Source: Podarcis erhardii (taxonomy: Eukaryota). Taken from it: DNA of 64,000 nt. The translations under genes and the position numbers were made by a program. Below, in pieces: positions 1-13,149 of this stretch; positions within the stretch are counted from its first letter, which is position 1; each line of letters begins with the position of its first letter. The notes beneath the pieces were generated by a model. It made no database searches and was not told the DNA's origin. It saw only the letters and a program-made list of their open reading frames with translations. The stretch lies in assembly GCA_964252035.1 (NCBI GenBank), contig OZ176203.1; one strand, 5' to 3'.

Positions 1-140
1 TATGAGGCTGCATTTTAATGTTTTAATGTTGTATTTTAATCTTGTTTTTAAGTTGTATTCATTCAACTTGTTTTTATTATTGGTTGTTAGCCGCCCTGAG
101 CCTGGCCTTGGCTGGGGAGGGCAGGGTATAAATAAAATTT
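1..140 (+). mobile_element. Older L2-type 3' end
   Basis: tttaa-rich stretch, then gttagccgccctgag...gggcagggtataaataaaatttattattatt terminus. Confidence 0.6.
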
Positions 141-1562
141 ATTATTATTTCCTCATGAAGATGGACTGCAAACATTCTGACAGCTTTGCTTATCAAGTAA
201 CTGGAATGTTCAGGAACATACCGTACCATCCCACAAGCTCAGCCAATCTCTATCAGGGGCTTCACAAGCATAAGTATAATACAATATAGATAGCCAAATG
301 CAGCCTTCCCCAGCATGGTGCCCGTCAAATGTTTGGGCTATAACAACTAAGGGGATTTAACAGAAGCTAGATATGGTCTGATGACTCTCTTTTGTTTTTA
401 AGCCTTGAATTGCAGCATCATGGTTGTGGTTGTGTTATTAATATAAACCAGCGACAGAATACAGCAGCCCTAGAGATACAATCCCAACTCCTATCAGGCA
501 CAGTCTGTAGTCAAGCAGCCTCTGGAGGGTATCAGGTCAGGGAAGGTTGGCCAAGAGGACTTTTGCCTTCAAGTACCAGATTCTGATGCTCAAATACCAG
601 GCAAATAAAATCATCATCACAACTATGCTTTGAGCTTCCCAAAGGCAAAGGCAACAGTGGCCTGTTAAAAATCAGAATGCAGGACTAGCAGGAACTTGGT
701 GGATTCAGCAAGGAAACTATTTCTTTTGTTAAAAAATCAAAACAGACCCAGGCATGAGAGAGAATTAAAAAATATAACTATGACAATTACATAGGTTTAG
801 ACCATTTTTGTTTTTTTAAAACAAAAATCATCTAGATGCTTTTCTCCTGGCACTTTCCCCTATTTTGCTTCGCTGTTTTATGTCAGAGTTTTAATTTCTG
901 GTGTTAAACTTGGAAACAAAATGAACCCAGGAAAATCAGGAAAGGCAAAAGAAAGTCTGCATCCACAAGACAGATAATGGCTGTATCTTCCTTCTTTCTC
1001 ATCTGTTCCAGTATAGGGAGAACCTGAGGAGCTTCTCTGCATATATATATAAAATTTCTGAACATATATCCCAAAGTGATTGAGTAAAATACCAAAGGAT
1101 GACTTTCTTTCAAAACATGCTTCATGTCACACTTTCCATTTTAAAATGGTCACATTTTAGTTTTGGTTTATCCAAAAGCAGACAAGACTACAGTATTTGA
1201 AATCACGTCACTTACTACATCTGCAGCAGTTATCACAAGCACTTGAACTCACACTTTGAAAACAAAAGGCATATAAGGCATGGGTTCATTTCTGCACAGA
1301 ATATCACTAATGCTGAAGCGCATGGCTTGGTTGAACAGACAAAAACTCTCAGTGACAATAAATTTGCAACACAGTGTCAGCATGACACTTTAATAAATTG
1401 TTGGCAGGTTGCCACATATGTGCCTCAAACAAATAACAGCTCACCTTCTATTCCTCTGCATCAGAATATGGATAATACTGGACTGATAGTAACCATCCCT
1501 ATGCCAGACAAGGAAACAGAAGTCCCAGGGGGCCTGCTAACATGCAAATGGTGAACACTGTA

Positions 1563-1758
1563 CAGTGGTACCTCTGGTTAAGAACTTAATTCGTTCCAGA
1601 GGTCTGTTCTTAACCTGAAACCATTCTTATCCTGAGGTACCACTTTAGCTAATGGGGCCTCCCGGTGCCGCGTGATTTCTGTTCTCATCCTGAGGTAAAG
1701 TTCTTAATCCGAGGTACTACTTCCAGGTTAGCGGAGTCTGTAACCTGAGGTACCACTG
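1563..1758. mobile_element. Tc1/mariner-pogo (Tigger-like) MITE
   Basis: TA|CAGTGGTACCTC...GAGGTACCACTG|TA. Confidence 0.88.
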
Positions 1759-3975
1759 TACTGAGTAAGCTAGAAGGCCTACCTTTTTCCATCATCATGC
1801 TAAACAGGAGTCAACATTTCGCTCTTTCCATAACAACTATATCACCACTCTCAGGTGAGCGCAACAGGCAAAGAACCCTTATACCCAATGTTACAGTTGC
1901 TGGGGCGGATTCATCCCAAACACTTGTGCACCAATGATTGCCACCCCTTGCCAAGCTCCAAGGTTGTGAGCAGGGCTTGGGGTCGCTTGGTCACAGGTTG
2001 CCCAGTCCACTCTACCTCGGAATGGCCAAACTTGCAAATGGGGCCGGCCCACCCATGGGGCAAGGTGAGGTGACCGCCTTGGGCAGCAGGATCCACATGG
2101 GCAGCAGCTCTAGATCTGCCACCTCCTCAGAAGCCCCCCAGTGCCACCTCTACAGTGGCTTATTGGCGAATAGCAGGCGCTGCTGGTCTCCTCCTCCCAC
2201 CCCTAGGGAGGAAATGGTGGGGGCTGCCCTCTGGGGCCTCCTGAGCTCTGCACCTGCCTGCTGTGATTCAGAACAGGTCCTGTTCCCCTGCTCCACCCCA
2301 TGGCAGCTTTTGGTTCCCACTTCAACCATCAGCTAAGGTTGATTCGACCAGCAGCAGCCCTTTCCTGATGTAGGTCTATGCTCCCTCCATTTGTTCCCTA
2401 TGTACAGCTTCATTCACTCCTCCTTCCTTGGTGGGGGCTGCAGAATGCCTTTGGGGTGCAAAGATAGGGCACCCAGCATGCCTTGTGAAGTAAGTCATTT
2501 AACTCTCTGCTGGAAAGGCAGGTGGAGGTGGTTATGGGGATGAACATGGAAATAACTTTTTTTATACTCAGCTTTCAATGCCAGTCAAAAATTGCAGGCC
2601 GCTGTTTATAAAGCGTCTACAAATGGCCACAGGGATTACTGGAAAAGCAATGAGGCTTAGCTAATGGATGTGATACCAGTGAGGGGGAGAAAAAAATATT
2701 GGCACTGCCTCCAAACTGCAGAAAAACATGATGGCAGTCATATCCTGCATATGTGCCGTCTTGCCTTCAGCCATCCACCCACAGTGGCCATCACCAAAGT
2801 AATTAAAATTTAACTGCCTTGCAGTCAGAAGCATTTAGAAAACACATCCGTCCCATTTCCCAACCAGAATTATCCCTCTCTCACACACAAATAATCAGGA
2901 AGCCATTTAACCGACTCCCCTCCTTGCCTGCAAGAGATTATATACTCTTCTCTGTCTCTCTTTGTTACCAACTAGTTGCAAGCTATCGGCGCTAGTGATT
3001 CATTGAAACTTCACTGCTAAACTAGGATCTCTGCCATCATTTTACAGTCAACGCTGATTAAAGAGATTAGGCAATACTGCAAACAGAAGTCAGCCTCTCT
3101 GGCACTACTCAGGAGAACTGTGATGGCAAATTCACACATATGGGCTTTCGCATAGAGCAATCTACGACAGCTTGTTCTCGGACATTAGAAAAACGAGGCA
3201 CTGTTAATGGTTATCTCTTTATTATGGAAATGGTTATCTCTTTATTATGGAAATATTGAATCATACCATGATGAAGCATTACCAAGCTCATATCTCTGCA
3301 AGCGGCTTGCAAAATAGGTTCCAGGGCAACTTAAGGTTTAATAAACCCGGCTGTAGGTTTGGGGGAAGCCCTGGGCAAAGCGTCTGAAGGTGGGCCCTCT
3401 TTTCTCTGTCAATGGGCCCTGAATGTGATGGCAGAGTTCCAAGCACCACTTGCCAGCTAAGTCTTTTCATCCTTGCAATTTTGCACAATGCCTAGAACAG
3501 CAAGCTTGGTGCCACTATAAGAAATTAAAAGCGTAGCTAGATTCAGCCACCTGGTGCTGCTCACGAGTGTTGGGCCGAAGGGAAGGTCTTGACCACTGCT
3601 CAAGGATGTCAGGTGCAAATGCCAGGTTCCTTAAAAGCTCACCAGGGGTTCCATAATTGAAAATGTATGACAGGCAAGCTTCTGTGAAAGACAGCTTGCT
3701 CATCGCTGCTGATACGTTGCCTCAGCAGAGTGTCTATTTTGCTCTAGGGCACAGACTCATTTCACACATGAGCAGAAGTAGGGGCCTGGCCAGGGCTATG
3801 TGAAAACTGAGTTACCCTAGAAAACTCTCCAGAATCCTCTGAAAAATGCAGTAGTTGTTGTATTGCAGACATGCTGGAGTTTACATGAAAATGTCTTTTT
3901 TAAAAAGCAAGCAAACTGAAAACTAGAATATCTGAAAACCATTATTTTCAATTATTCCCCATATATGCTCTAAAC

Positions 3976-4158
3976 CAGGGCTGTCAAATGGGTCAATCAT
4001 GATCTACCAGCCAATCGTGGGTGCCCCTGATTGATCAACAACTTTGGGTCTTCCTCCCCACAAAAAGCTCAACAACTTTGGTCAATCCAATGGGTAGATC
4101 ACTACCAGTTTTTTAGAGTGGGAGCAGATCGCAGTCTCTTGGGAGTTGGACATGTGTG
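3976..4158. mobile_element. hAT MITE
   Basis: Perfect 8-bp TSD CTCTAAAC; interior shared with 13917-14188. Confidence 0.85.
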
Positions 4159-5641
4159 CTCTAAACATTCAAACATAAGATGCACACATTAAGGTGGGGT
4201 TGGGAAAAGTTTCTTTGCATCCCACATTTCAAACTTTCTAATTCTCAAAGGGATGGAGGAAACTGAAAGCATTGCGTCAGTTTTGTGGAACACTTAAGGG
4301 AGCCCTTTAGCAGCAAAACGAAAGAGACCAGATACTTTTTCTTTTATGCATTCCTAAGAAGAAAGCGTTCTATTGTTCTCTATTTTTATAATGCAGACCC
4401 TCAAACAGTTATGAATCCCAAGCTTTCTGGTGCACGGAGGAGGAAGTACACATGATTTGCATGGGATAATGCATTCTAAGATAATGCACTGAGTAGCTCC
4501 ACAATAGGTATGGGGAACCTGTGGTCCCCTAGATGCTGTTGGACTACAACTCCCATCAACCCTGACCCATGAGGCTCATGTCATGGAAGTTGGATGAGGG
4601 TATCAGGTTTGGGCTTGGGTGACAAAGACTGCCTTCAGAAAACACAATCTGTTTTGACAGGATTTATTTCGAAGTAAATATACTTGGAATTAGGGTGAGA
4701 GGATCAAATTCTCAGCTAGCCATGATGGTCTCAGCCTACAGCTATTGTGAAAATAATAAGAGTACTTTACATACACCATGAACAGAATTCTTAACAATAA
4801 AGTCTCAATCAAGACAGTTAATTCAACTACTGCCAGGATTTCTTCATTTTTTAAAAAAGCCTAGATTTACGATTGATCAGTTAGAAAGATATCTACATGC
4901 ATTTTCCCACCAGCCATAAATGTTCTCTTTAAGAACAATGTTGCTAGTGCAGTTTCAAGCATGCATAATTTACAGCATTTGAGGAAACGGGGGGAAAAAA
5001 AACACCTTCAAGGAGCTTTTTTTTATATAAGATATATTCTGCTGTCATAAGATGCTCATGTGCCTTTGTGAAGTATTCAAGGCCTTTTCAAAATGAATGT
5101 TCCCCATAAACATCATGCTATCTAAATATACAGGACCGAGGAGCAAGTACTGGATATATAGTCTAGGATTTGTTTGTTTTTTGTTTTAAAATACAGCAGA
5201 CGCTCACACTTTATTCAAACGATGTCTAGGTTTACAAGAGATCTCAGAGGAAAAGAAAAGCCCGCTGTCTGGTCAAGGCGGCCTGTGCGCCTGTTTTCCC
5301 TCAAAACAAATCCCATATGCCCCAGCAAGACACCTACAGATGTGCCATATCCTTACTAACTCGAGGGTTGTTTCTTTTTCCTGCCAACTCAAGCTCCTGC
5401 ATGACACAAATCCAGTGCCCAGACAACGCCACAAACTGAACACAAAAACAGCAGCCTCCATCCGAGTGGGACCCGCACGACAGTTGTCCTCAAAGATGTC
5501 TCCAAGACGGCATCCGCCTTCAAAGCGCAGCACGTCCAGCTTCCCCCCGCCCTCAAAAAACGTCAAAACAAAGCATTTTTTTAAACAAGAAAAAAATGGC
5601 AAGCATCCTTACCCAAAGAGGTAGGGCACGTATCTTTTCGA

Positions 5642-5646
<5 letters not shown>

Positions 5647-5697
<51 letters not shown>
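5647..5697. repeat. Compound (CT)n(CA)n microsatellite
   Basis: Direct reading. Confidence 0.95.
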
Positions 5698-5841
5698 GCT
5701 CTTCCTCAGCTAGGCTGCTCCTTGCAAAACAGGAGAGGCAACCCGATAGGATGCGCTACGACTCGGCCACCTTTCCTGCCTCCTCCCGGCCCGGCCACCA
5801 CCCGTCTTGTTTGGGCTGCGTTTTGTCTGCCGCAGGGATTC

Positions 5842-5871
5842 CACACACACACACACACACACACGCGCGCG
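5842..5871. repeat. (CA)n(CG)n alternating purine-pyrimidine tract
   Basis: Direct reading. Confidence 0.9.
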
Positions 5872-6027
5872 GGGCTGGGGCAGAGAAGCGCCCCTTCGCC
5901 AAAGGCAAGCCGCTTACCTCGCTCCAGGTGAGCCGCTGCTCTTCTTCAGCGAGGCTCGCGCCACATGCTGGACGGGATTCCAAGCCCCCGCCCCGTCCGG
6001 GGAGACGCTGCAGCCCCTCCTTCCTGC

Positions 6028-6051
6028 GGCGGCGGCGGCGGCGGCGGCGGC
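6028..6051. repeat. (GGC)8 trinucleotide repeat
   Basis: Direct reading. Confidence 0.95.
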
Positions 6052-7734
6052 TGCTGCTCCCCACACCCCAGGGCAGCCTCTGCCGCTGCAGCAAGCCCGC
6101 CACCCAAACGCGCGTACACCCAGCCGGCTATGACGCCACAAACCAGCCAGGCTCCTCCGGCGGCTCTTCAGCAGCTGCGCCGCCCCCTACAGGAGAGACG
6201 CGGCCAGCGCAGGCCGCAGGCCGAATCCAGCGCCTCGCGCGCTCCGTGCAACGCTCTACGGTAGCTCTCCCTTTGCTCACTTCTTCTTTGCACCGTTGAC
6301 TTTTGAGGAACCACCCAGTGAGCCCGGGTTGCAAGAGGCCACGCCTTCGATTCTTCACGACACGAGTCATCTCGGTAACTGGAGTCATACATGGGAGTCC
6401 TCGTTTTTTAAAATGCGGCATCCAGACCCGTCCAGTAGGCCCAATATATCTTTACACATGTATTTTTACATATGTATGTGTACCGAATTCAGGTCATGAA
6501 GCAGGAAGCCGCAATGCCGTTTGTTAAAATGCATTACCATCCATGGTCAAATGCGCAGATTACTCAATTGTCCCTAGAAGTGGCTACACCTTGTTCTCTC
6601 TTTGAACACCATAATAGGGAGAGGAGGAAAAGAAAATTGGATCAGTGAATCTGGGAGGGAATAGAATGTGTAAAGTGAGTCACGTCTGTCATGGTTCTAA
6701 CAAGGCAGATAAGTGGAGATGGCAGGTAAAAGTTTAGGCTTAAGAGACGAATTACAATCAGGCAAATTGCCAGGTCCAGATGGCATCCATGCAAGAGTTC
6801 TCAGACGCACCTCCCCTCACAGATAATGAGATACTTTATTCAAGTCAGCACTATGCACTTCAGAGATATGGAGCACCCAGGCAGAGGCAGAATGAAAACT
6901 TTGGGGTGTGCATGTGTGAAATGGTGTGTGTGTTAATAAACAAATGTACTTCCAAAAAAAGCACATTAACTGAGCATGCACCTTTGCCTTTCTCTAATGT
7001 AAGTAAGAGACCATTGCATTAAATGAAATACACACAACTGCACCTACCTTTAAAAAACCAGGCTTGCTTCCCAATGTGTGGTAAGTGGGGAACTCATATT
7101 CATTTCCACATCTTAAGGTTTCATACGGCAGGTGTAAGTCAGTGAAAGTTGTTCTTGATCCCATTTAGAATTGCTCTGCTCAGCATTTTTATTTGTTTTT
7201 ACAAAAGAGTATTTTTGTTGGAAAGCTTGCTGAACACAATGTTCATGCACCTTATGATGAACCTTTTATCATTTTAATGTTTTCGTATGTCACCTTGAAC
7301 ACACATTTTTTAAATAAAGCTCATGTCACCACAAATTTGTTAGCCATTAAGGTACCAAGAATGATGCTGGAGTTCTTTACTGAACACAGTAACTGTGTTC
7401 AAGACAGATAGTAAAAGAATTGTGATCTTCAATTCCAAAACATAATGGAAGCATGCTTGCCGGAAAGGGAAAATTGAAAAAGCAACATCAAAATGTCCTA
7501 GTTCTGAAACTATTGCCAGTGGAATAATACCAGTTGATATCTGGAATGTGCAAGCTTGCAGTTACTTCTATACTCTGTGAGGCAGAAATCAAATTGGACT
7601 ACATACAGTCATAACAGTTCACATCCAAATCTTGGCAGTTTCTCTGGTGGTATTATTTCTAGGAGTCTGCATGCAAATACACATCCCCATCTGCAGAGAT
7701 ACAGCTAGTTCCACAGGACTTGGCTTGGTTGAGC

Positions 7735-8270
7735 ATAATCATTATTTATTAAATTTATACACCACCCTCATCCACAGATCACAGGGCCATTTACAGTATA
7801 AAAACACAAAACATAGTAGCAAAAATTAAAACCCCAATAACCACCCCCAACACATTTAAAAGGCCATAGACTGTTTAAACAGTCAAAGGCCTTGCTGAAG
7901 AGGAATATTTTCGCCACCCTGGGGATTCAACAAATGGGGAGGCACTGCAGAAAAGGCCTGTTCTCGTGTTGCTACCCTTTAGACCTCTCATGGAAGCGAG
8001 ACATGCAGGGCCTCAGATGAGGATTGCAGGGTCTGGTAGGTTCATATAGGGAGAGGCAGTCCTTAAGATACTGGGGGTCCTGAGTTGTTTAAAGGTTTAT
8101 GGGTCAAAACCAGCACTTTGGATTGGGCCCGGAAATAAATTTGTTGTGCCAGGATTTGTATTATATGCTCAAACCGTCTTGCCCCAGTGAGCAACCTGGC
8201 TGCTGAATTCTGCACCAGTTGAATTTCCAAACTGTTTTCAGAGGCAGCGACTTGTAATAATACACTGCAG
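7735..8270 (-). mobile_element. Degenerate L2 3' fragment
   Basis: Colinear with the 52-kb L2 (ggcactgcagaaaaggcc, gtcaaaaccagcactttggattgggcccggaaa) but with many substitutions. Confidence 0.65.
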
Positions 8271-8744
8271 CATGGTTATCACACTGGTTCCACACCTAGA
8301 TATCCCCTTCCTAGATCAGAATACCTATCCCTTATGTGAACAAGCTGGCTGACAACTTCTGTATCACTGCAGAATACCAAAAAGAAAGGCTAGTACAAAA
8401 ATACTTTATAACTTGGGAGACAAAACTTATCCAACCATTGAACCCCAAGAGGAAGTAATCCCAAAATGAAGCATTTCAGGTGAAGGGACTCTAAAGTGCT
8501 TATGAAGATGCAATACATTTCATTTAAAATGTGATCACCACAAATGGCCAGATTTTATTTTCACTGTAGTAGTTCTAGCATTTAGCAGCTTCAGGCATTC
8601 AGTACTTAGAACACAATTAATTTCCATAGAAGTGAAACAGGGTTTAGGGAAATGCAGTAAGTAATTTCTTTATTCCAGTCTTTAATCTCAAGGTGTCAGT
8701 GCATCCAAGATTGCCCCTGCTTGCTGCTTCGTAATGGAGAGTCT

Positions 8745-8786
8745 TCAGTATCCCTTTCTTCCTCTGAATCTTGCTCTGTTATCCAG
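8745..8786 (-). CDS. COA5: COA5 exon 3 coding part (42 nt incl. TGA)
   Basis: tttcttcttaaaag|CTG GAT AAC AGA...GGA TAC TGA; LDNRARFRGRKGY*. Confidence 0.96.
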   Translation of the reverse strand: MDNRARFRGRKGY

Positions 8787-11700
8787 CTTTTAAGAAGAAA
8801 CAAGTTTTATATTACAACCATTAACACTCTAATACTACTACCAGTTTTATTAGTGCCTTACAAAAAGGTACAAGAGACAGAACCATTAAAAGGTTATGAC
8901 CCTTAGTTTATTTTAAATTGTTATATGCCATCATTCCCAGATTTAAGATAAAAATGCAATTAAAAACCCACCAAATAAAATGAACACAATGAAAACAATA
9001 CGCTCAGCAGTAAAAAAAGAAAAATAATAAATAGGGATTTCCATTGGACAACCATCATGCCACCCTCCAAAGCCACCCCAATTAAGCACATATTGTATCC
9101 CCCTTTAAGGCCATAAGGAAGGTAGGAACTAGTCTCACCAGCCTCAGGAAGTCACTGCAACTGAGGTAACTACACTATGAAGATCCCTAGCTGTTGATAA
9201 TTTTACCACATATAATGAAGATGAAGAAAGCAGGTGCTGATAAAAAGATCTTAACTGGAAACAGGGATTATAGAGAGAGGAGGTATATATAACGTGTGTT
9301 GTTTCAAGCTGGTACAGCCTTAGAAAAACAGCAGTGCGTACTGGATATGTTCATACCCGTCCCCACATATCCATCAGATAACAACAGGCTGTGCCAATAT
9401 GCATCAGCTGCAGTTTTCAAACAATCTGCAAGTGAAGTGCCATATTAAAATATTCACAGCAGTCAATCCTCAAGCTTATGAAAGCACAAGTTAGCATGGT
9501 GAGGTTTCCCTACTCTAAAATGGGTCAGCTGCACAACAGATGCACTTGATAAAAGGCACACCTTGCACTGACACTACCTGTTTTTCCAGAACTCTAAGGC
9601 TCTGAAGAGGCTTCAGTGCAGTGCGTACTCAAAGAAGATATAAATACCAATTCTCCCAAAAGCATTGGGTTGGCCCACCAGCATCAGCCCCATCATGTCT
9701 GGATTTAACTTACATTTGTTTAACCTCACCCACTATCCTATAGTATCCAGACACTGCTGAATTTAGAGCCAAGACTACCACTCATGGACGCTGAAAGAAA
9801 TAAACAGCTTAGTGTCTTCAACATACTGACAACACCCAGCTTCAAAACTCTGGGTAATTTTTTTTATAGAATAGATACTTGACAGACAGTGCAGATAAAT
9901 TCCTATGGTGTTGAACTTGCCTCCAATTAAGACATTCCAAATGCAGTCCAATGAAATGATTTACATCATTGGATTATGAGCCCAGGCAGCCAGACAAGAA
10001 GTTCAAGCTACTACAGGAATGTTTTGGCTTATAGTATAAAAAGTTACTAAGCAGTCAGTGTAGAGCTGCCACCTCCTAGGCAGATGACTGAGAGTAAATT
10101 GGATGCTGAGCTGACACCAACGCCAACCCTGTCTCCAAGGACATGGAGATGCCAGCACCTATGCAAACAAATATTGCACACCCAACCCATTCAAAAGAGT
10201 GCCTGGATGCTTGCCCAGTCCCTGGACTCTGGCTGGCTTTTATGCTGAGCTGTCCCTGCCCTGCTCTTCAAAAAGAAGATACAGGGGGCATGTTGGTTGT
10301 TGGATCAATGTATTAACTTGAGCGTTATCATGTGTCTATACCTCTTACATACCTGCTGCACCTTCAACCTGTGCCTTACCTATGTACCATTTTGATTCAT
10401 GTGTTAAAATCTTTGGCAGATACAGAACTGGGAGTTCATATTCTTCTTCTGGCAGCGAGGGCCAGGACATCATGCTTCTTTTATTTATTTTAAAATATGG
10501 TTAACTTTTCCTCAATAAATTTCTGTATATTTTAACCTAATATTTACCTAAACTGTCACACTAAATATCCCATGGCTTTTATTTTAACTGTTACCTTTCA
10601 TGATCAGTGGAACAGTAATGCTACTGTAAATAAAACAAAAGAAACACTTGCAAGCAATAACAAATTTGTAACACCATTGATATTGTTACAACACCATCCC
10701 AATCTCCACAAGTGGTGCAATATTCCAGGGGCTGCAGGTGCGCTTACCTGGGTCTGCATTCCTTTTTGAGACAATGAGGCACAACAGAGACTCTGCTTTT
10801 TTAATATATGGTTTTATTTGCACATATATACAACTTGCACCTAGATGAAGGGATTGCAGAGCACTCACATCCTATGAGGGCCTGGCTCCCCCCTTAAGGG
10901 CAGCACTGGATTCAAAGGTGAGCAAAAGCCATCCTCTGTGTCTCTTACAGCCTGTCATATCCCCAGCTCACATGGAGGAGCAAAACTCCAAGGACCCCCC
11001 CCCCCACAGCCTAGTCATTCAAAATTAAAACCCTAAACCTGGCTTTTGCCTCTACCCATTAGCACCCAGCAGAGAAGGGGTCCCAATACCCTTGCCTGGC
11101 AGTCTTGCCCTCTGATGGTTTTCTTGATGGGCCAACACCAGCCTTTGCCTCCTGCTCATGGCCCATCCAGTTAGCTCTGCAGAGCTGGCTTGGCTTGTTA
11201 GAATAACTAAATCCACAGGGTTTCTTTTTTCGGCAAAGTTTAACCAAACTCTGATTAATTCCAAATTTCACTACATCCAGAAATTATGGGGAGGATCTGA
11301 CACCCAGGAATTTAGGGGAATTTGGCCCCCAACAAACCCGTAACAATTAAAAATCTTTCAGTTGTGTCTTATATGTAACATACTATGTGACCACAATCTG
11401 CAGTACAGTTCACCTACTCACCAATGATCTTTTGCATTCAAAAAATGAAACTAGTAATCCTTTGCAATGGCCTTCCTTCAAGCACAGTTTGGGCCCTTTC
11501 CCTTCCTGTCATAAAAGATATTAAAGTGAGGAGCCAGCATATTTATTCAGCAGGCACACAAGTTGTATCAAAAATAAAATCTTCCCAAGGCAAGTTGCAA
11601 CCTGATTAAAAACAATAGTAACAAACAATTTAAAAGAACACAAGAGACTACAGCAGGAAAATGTGTTTAAAAGCAACTAGGTAGGGCTCAGCAAGACCCA

Positions 11701-12414
11701 AATGAAACCTTGTAGAACGAAAAGGTCTTCTTCACAGCACATTGAAAGCCAGCAAGAAATGGGTTATTTCCCCTGGCGACAAAAGTTTTACACCCAATTT
11801 TCTCAATCTCATCTGAATTAACGGTATGCCAGTCTCTGAAGCCATTCTCTACCTGCAGACCCTCCAAGTGCCCCTACCCTATTTTCCAGGGACAGTCCTA
11901 GATTTACAGATGCCTTCCTGGTTTTTGATTCGATCCCAGAACGTCCCACTTTCCTTAGGACGGCCCTATTTCAATCAGAGAAATGTTGGAGAGTATGGAG
12001 CTATGCAGTGCTTTTTTTCTTTTTTGGGGGGAAAAAGGGATGCCGGAACTCACAATGAACAAGTCCCTTGTTCTCTTATAATGTCAACGGTGTCCATCTG
12101 AGAGGTGCCAGAAGAGCCAAGGAGATAAATAATTACACAACCTTTAGAAGACATTTTAAGTCGTGATGTTTTTATATAGCTGCACAGAGTGGCTAGGGCA
12201 ACCCAGTTAGATAAGCGGGGTATAAATTATTTATTTATTTATTTATTTATGCATGTTTATTATGGACCAAGGTGTCCCTAATTTCATCGGAGAAATGTTG
12301 GAGGGTATGTACCTGGATGACACAGTCGCTCTCCAGCAGGCAAGCCCTCAGGTCCTCGCGCACCCCTGCGCAGGCGCGGAAATCCTTCTCTTTATCCTCG
12401 TAGTACTTGGGCAT
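8745..12414 (-). CDS. COA5: Cytochrome c oxidase assembly factor 5, complete spliced CDS join(12313-12414,11422-11505,8745-8786), 75 aa
   Basis: Spliced translation MPKYYEDKEKDFRACAGVREDLRACLLESDCVIQ|EGKGPKLCLKEGHCKGLLVSFFECKRSL|LDNRARFRGRKGY*. It matches the remembered human COA5 (MPKYYEDK...FRGRKGY) with the twin-Cx9C-type cysteines. Both introns are GT-AG, phase 0. Confidence 0.97.
11422..11505 (-). CDS. COA5: COA5 exon 2 (84 nt)
   Basis: ttttatgacag|GAA...TTG|gtgagt; EGKGPKLCLKEGHCKGLLVSFFECKRSL. Confidence 0.96.
12313..12414 (-). CDS. COA5: COA5 coding exon 1 (102 nt)
   Basis: ATG at 12414; MPKYYEDK...SDCVIQ; donor CAG|gtacat. Confidence 0.97.
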
Positions 12415-12836
12415 CGTGGCGGCCGGTTTCCGCCTGGCGCCGCTTCTCGGTGTTGTCTCTCGACCGGCGGCGCCTTCAGCAGCCCCAGCCGCTGCCCACC
12501 GCAGCCCCAGCAGCGGTGGCGGCCGCCATCTTGGCCGACCCTTCTCACCTGCGCAGGGAGTTACTGAAAGGTCGCAGGGAACTAGACGTCACTTCCTGTT
12601 CCCCCTCCAAGGAGCCATTTTTTTTTAACATAGAGCAAGTACATTTAATAGAGCTGTCCTTTTTTTTAGTGTAGAGGTGACTTGCCAGTGGCACACCCAC
12701 ACAAACAAAGCAGCAGCAGCAAAAGGAAGAAGTTTCTCTTCTACTAAAGGTCGCATCTCCTCTTGGATCGAAGGTTGATACGTTTACGGCGGCAGCGACT
12801 CGTGTCTTTGCTGCTACCATTTGTAAGGAAGGAGAG

Positions 12837-12880
12837 AGAATCATAGAATGTCAGGCTTGGAAGGGATCCCCAGGATTCTC
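12837..12880 (-). mobile_element. CR1 3' tip inside the COA5/UNC50 promoter
   Basis: agaatcatagaatgtcaggcttggaagggatcccc is the reverse complement of the CR1 terminal (ATTCT)n region. Confidence 0.5.
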
Positions 12881-13149
12881 AACTAAACTATCCATTATCC
12901 ATCTGTCCTTGAGACCATCCTGCCCAACCACAGCTTCGTTTAAAAGTCTTGCTGTTTGCCGTCAATTTCTACGCAGGGGAAGGGAGCAAGAAATTGCTCA
13001 AGCACAGAGGGGTTGCTCTAACCTTTTTTGTGTTAAAGCTCTGTGTGCGCAACCGATGTCTAACCGTCGTCCTCTCCACCATCCGTTTTGGGCGGGGCCT
13101 ACCCGTCATACACCTCAGCGCGCATGCGCTTTGGGGGGTCCCTTTTACC

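Larger units (their letters stand above)
5400..6450 (-). promoter_or_regulatory. CpG island / promoter and probable non-coding first exon of an unidentified leftward-transcribed gene
   Basis: Dense CpG/GC stretch with (GGC)8 and a TGACG half-CRE at about 6131. Consensus minus-strand donors at GAG|gtaagc (exon end 5918) and TGG|gtaagg (about 5611). No coding exon recognised in 1-5400. Confidence 0.6.

Noticed and set aside
1854-2460. GC-richer stretch with three overlapping ORFs
   Set aside because: No motif, termini or TSD identified; probably an old repeat, but no call can be supported.
5020-5048. Minus-strand ATG ACA GCA resembling the INPP4A start (MTA...)
   Set aside because: Continues MTAEYILYK rather than the remembered MTAREHSPR, and has no acceptor context.
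5596-6527. Overlapping poly-Ala/Gly/Arg and HT-repeat ORFs
   Set aside because: Products of GC richness and microsatellites in a promoter; no recognisable protein.
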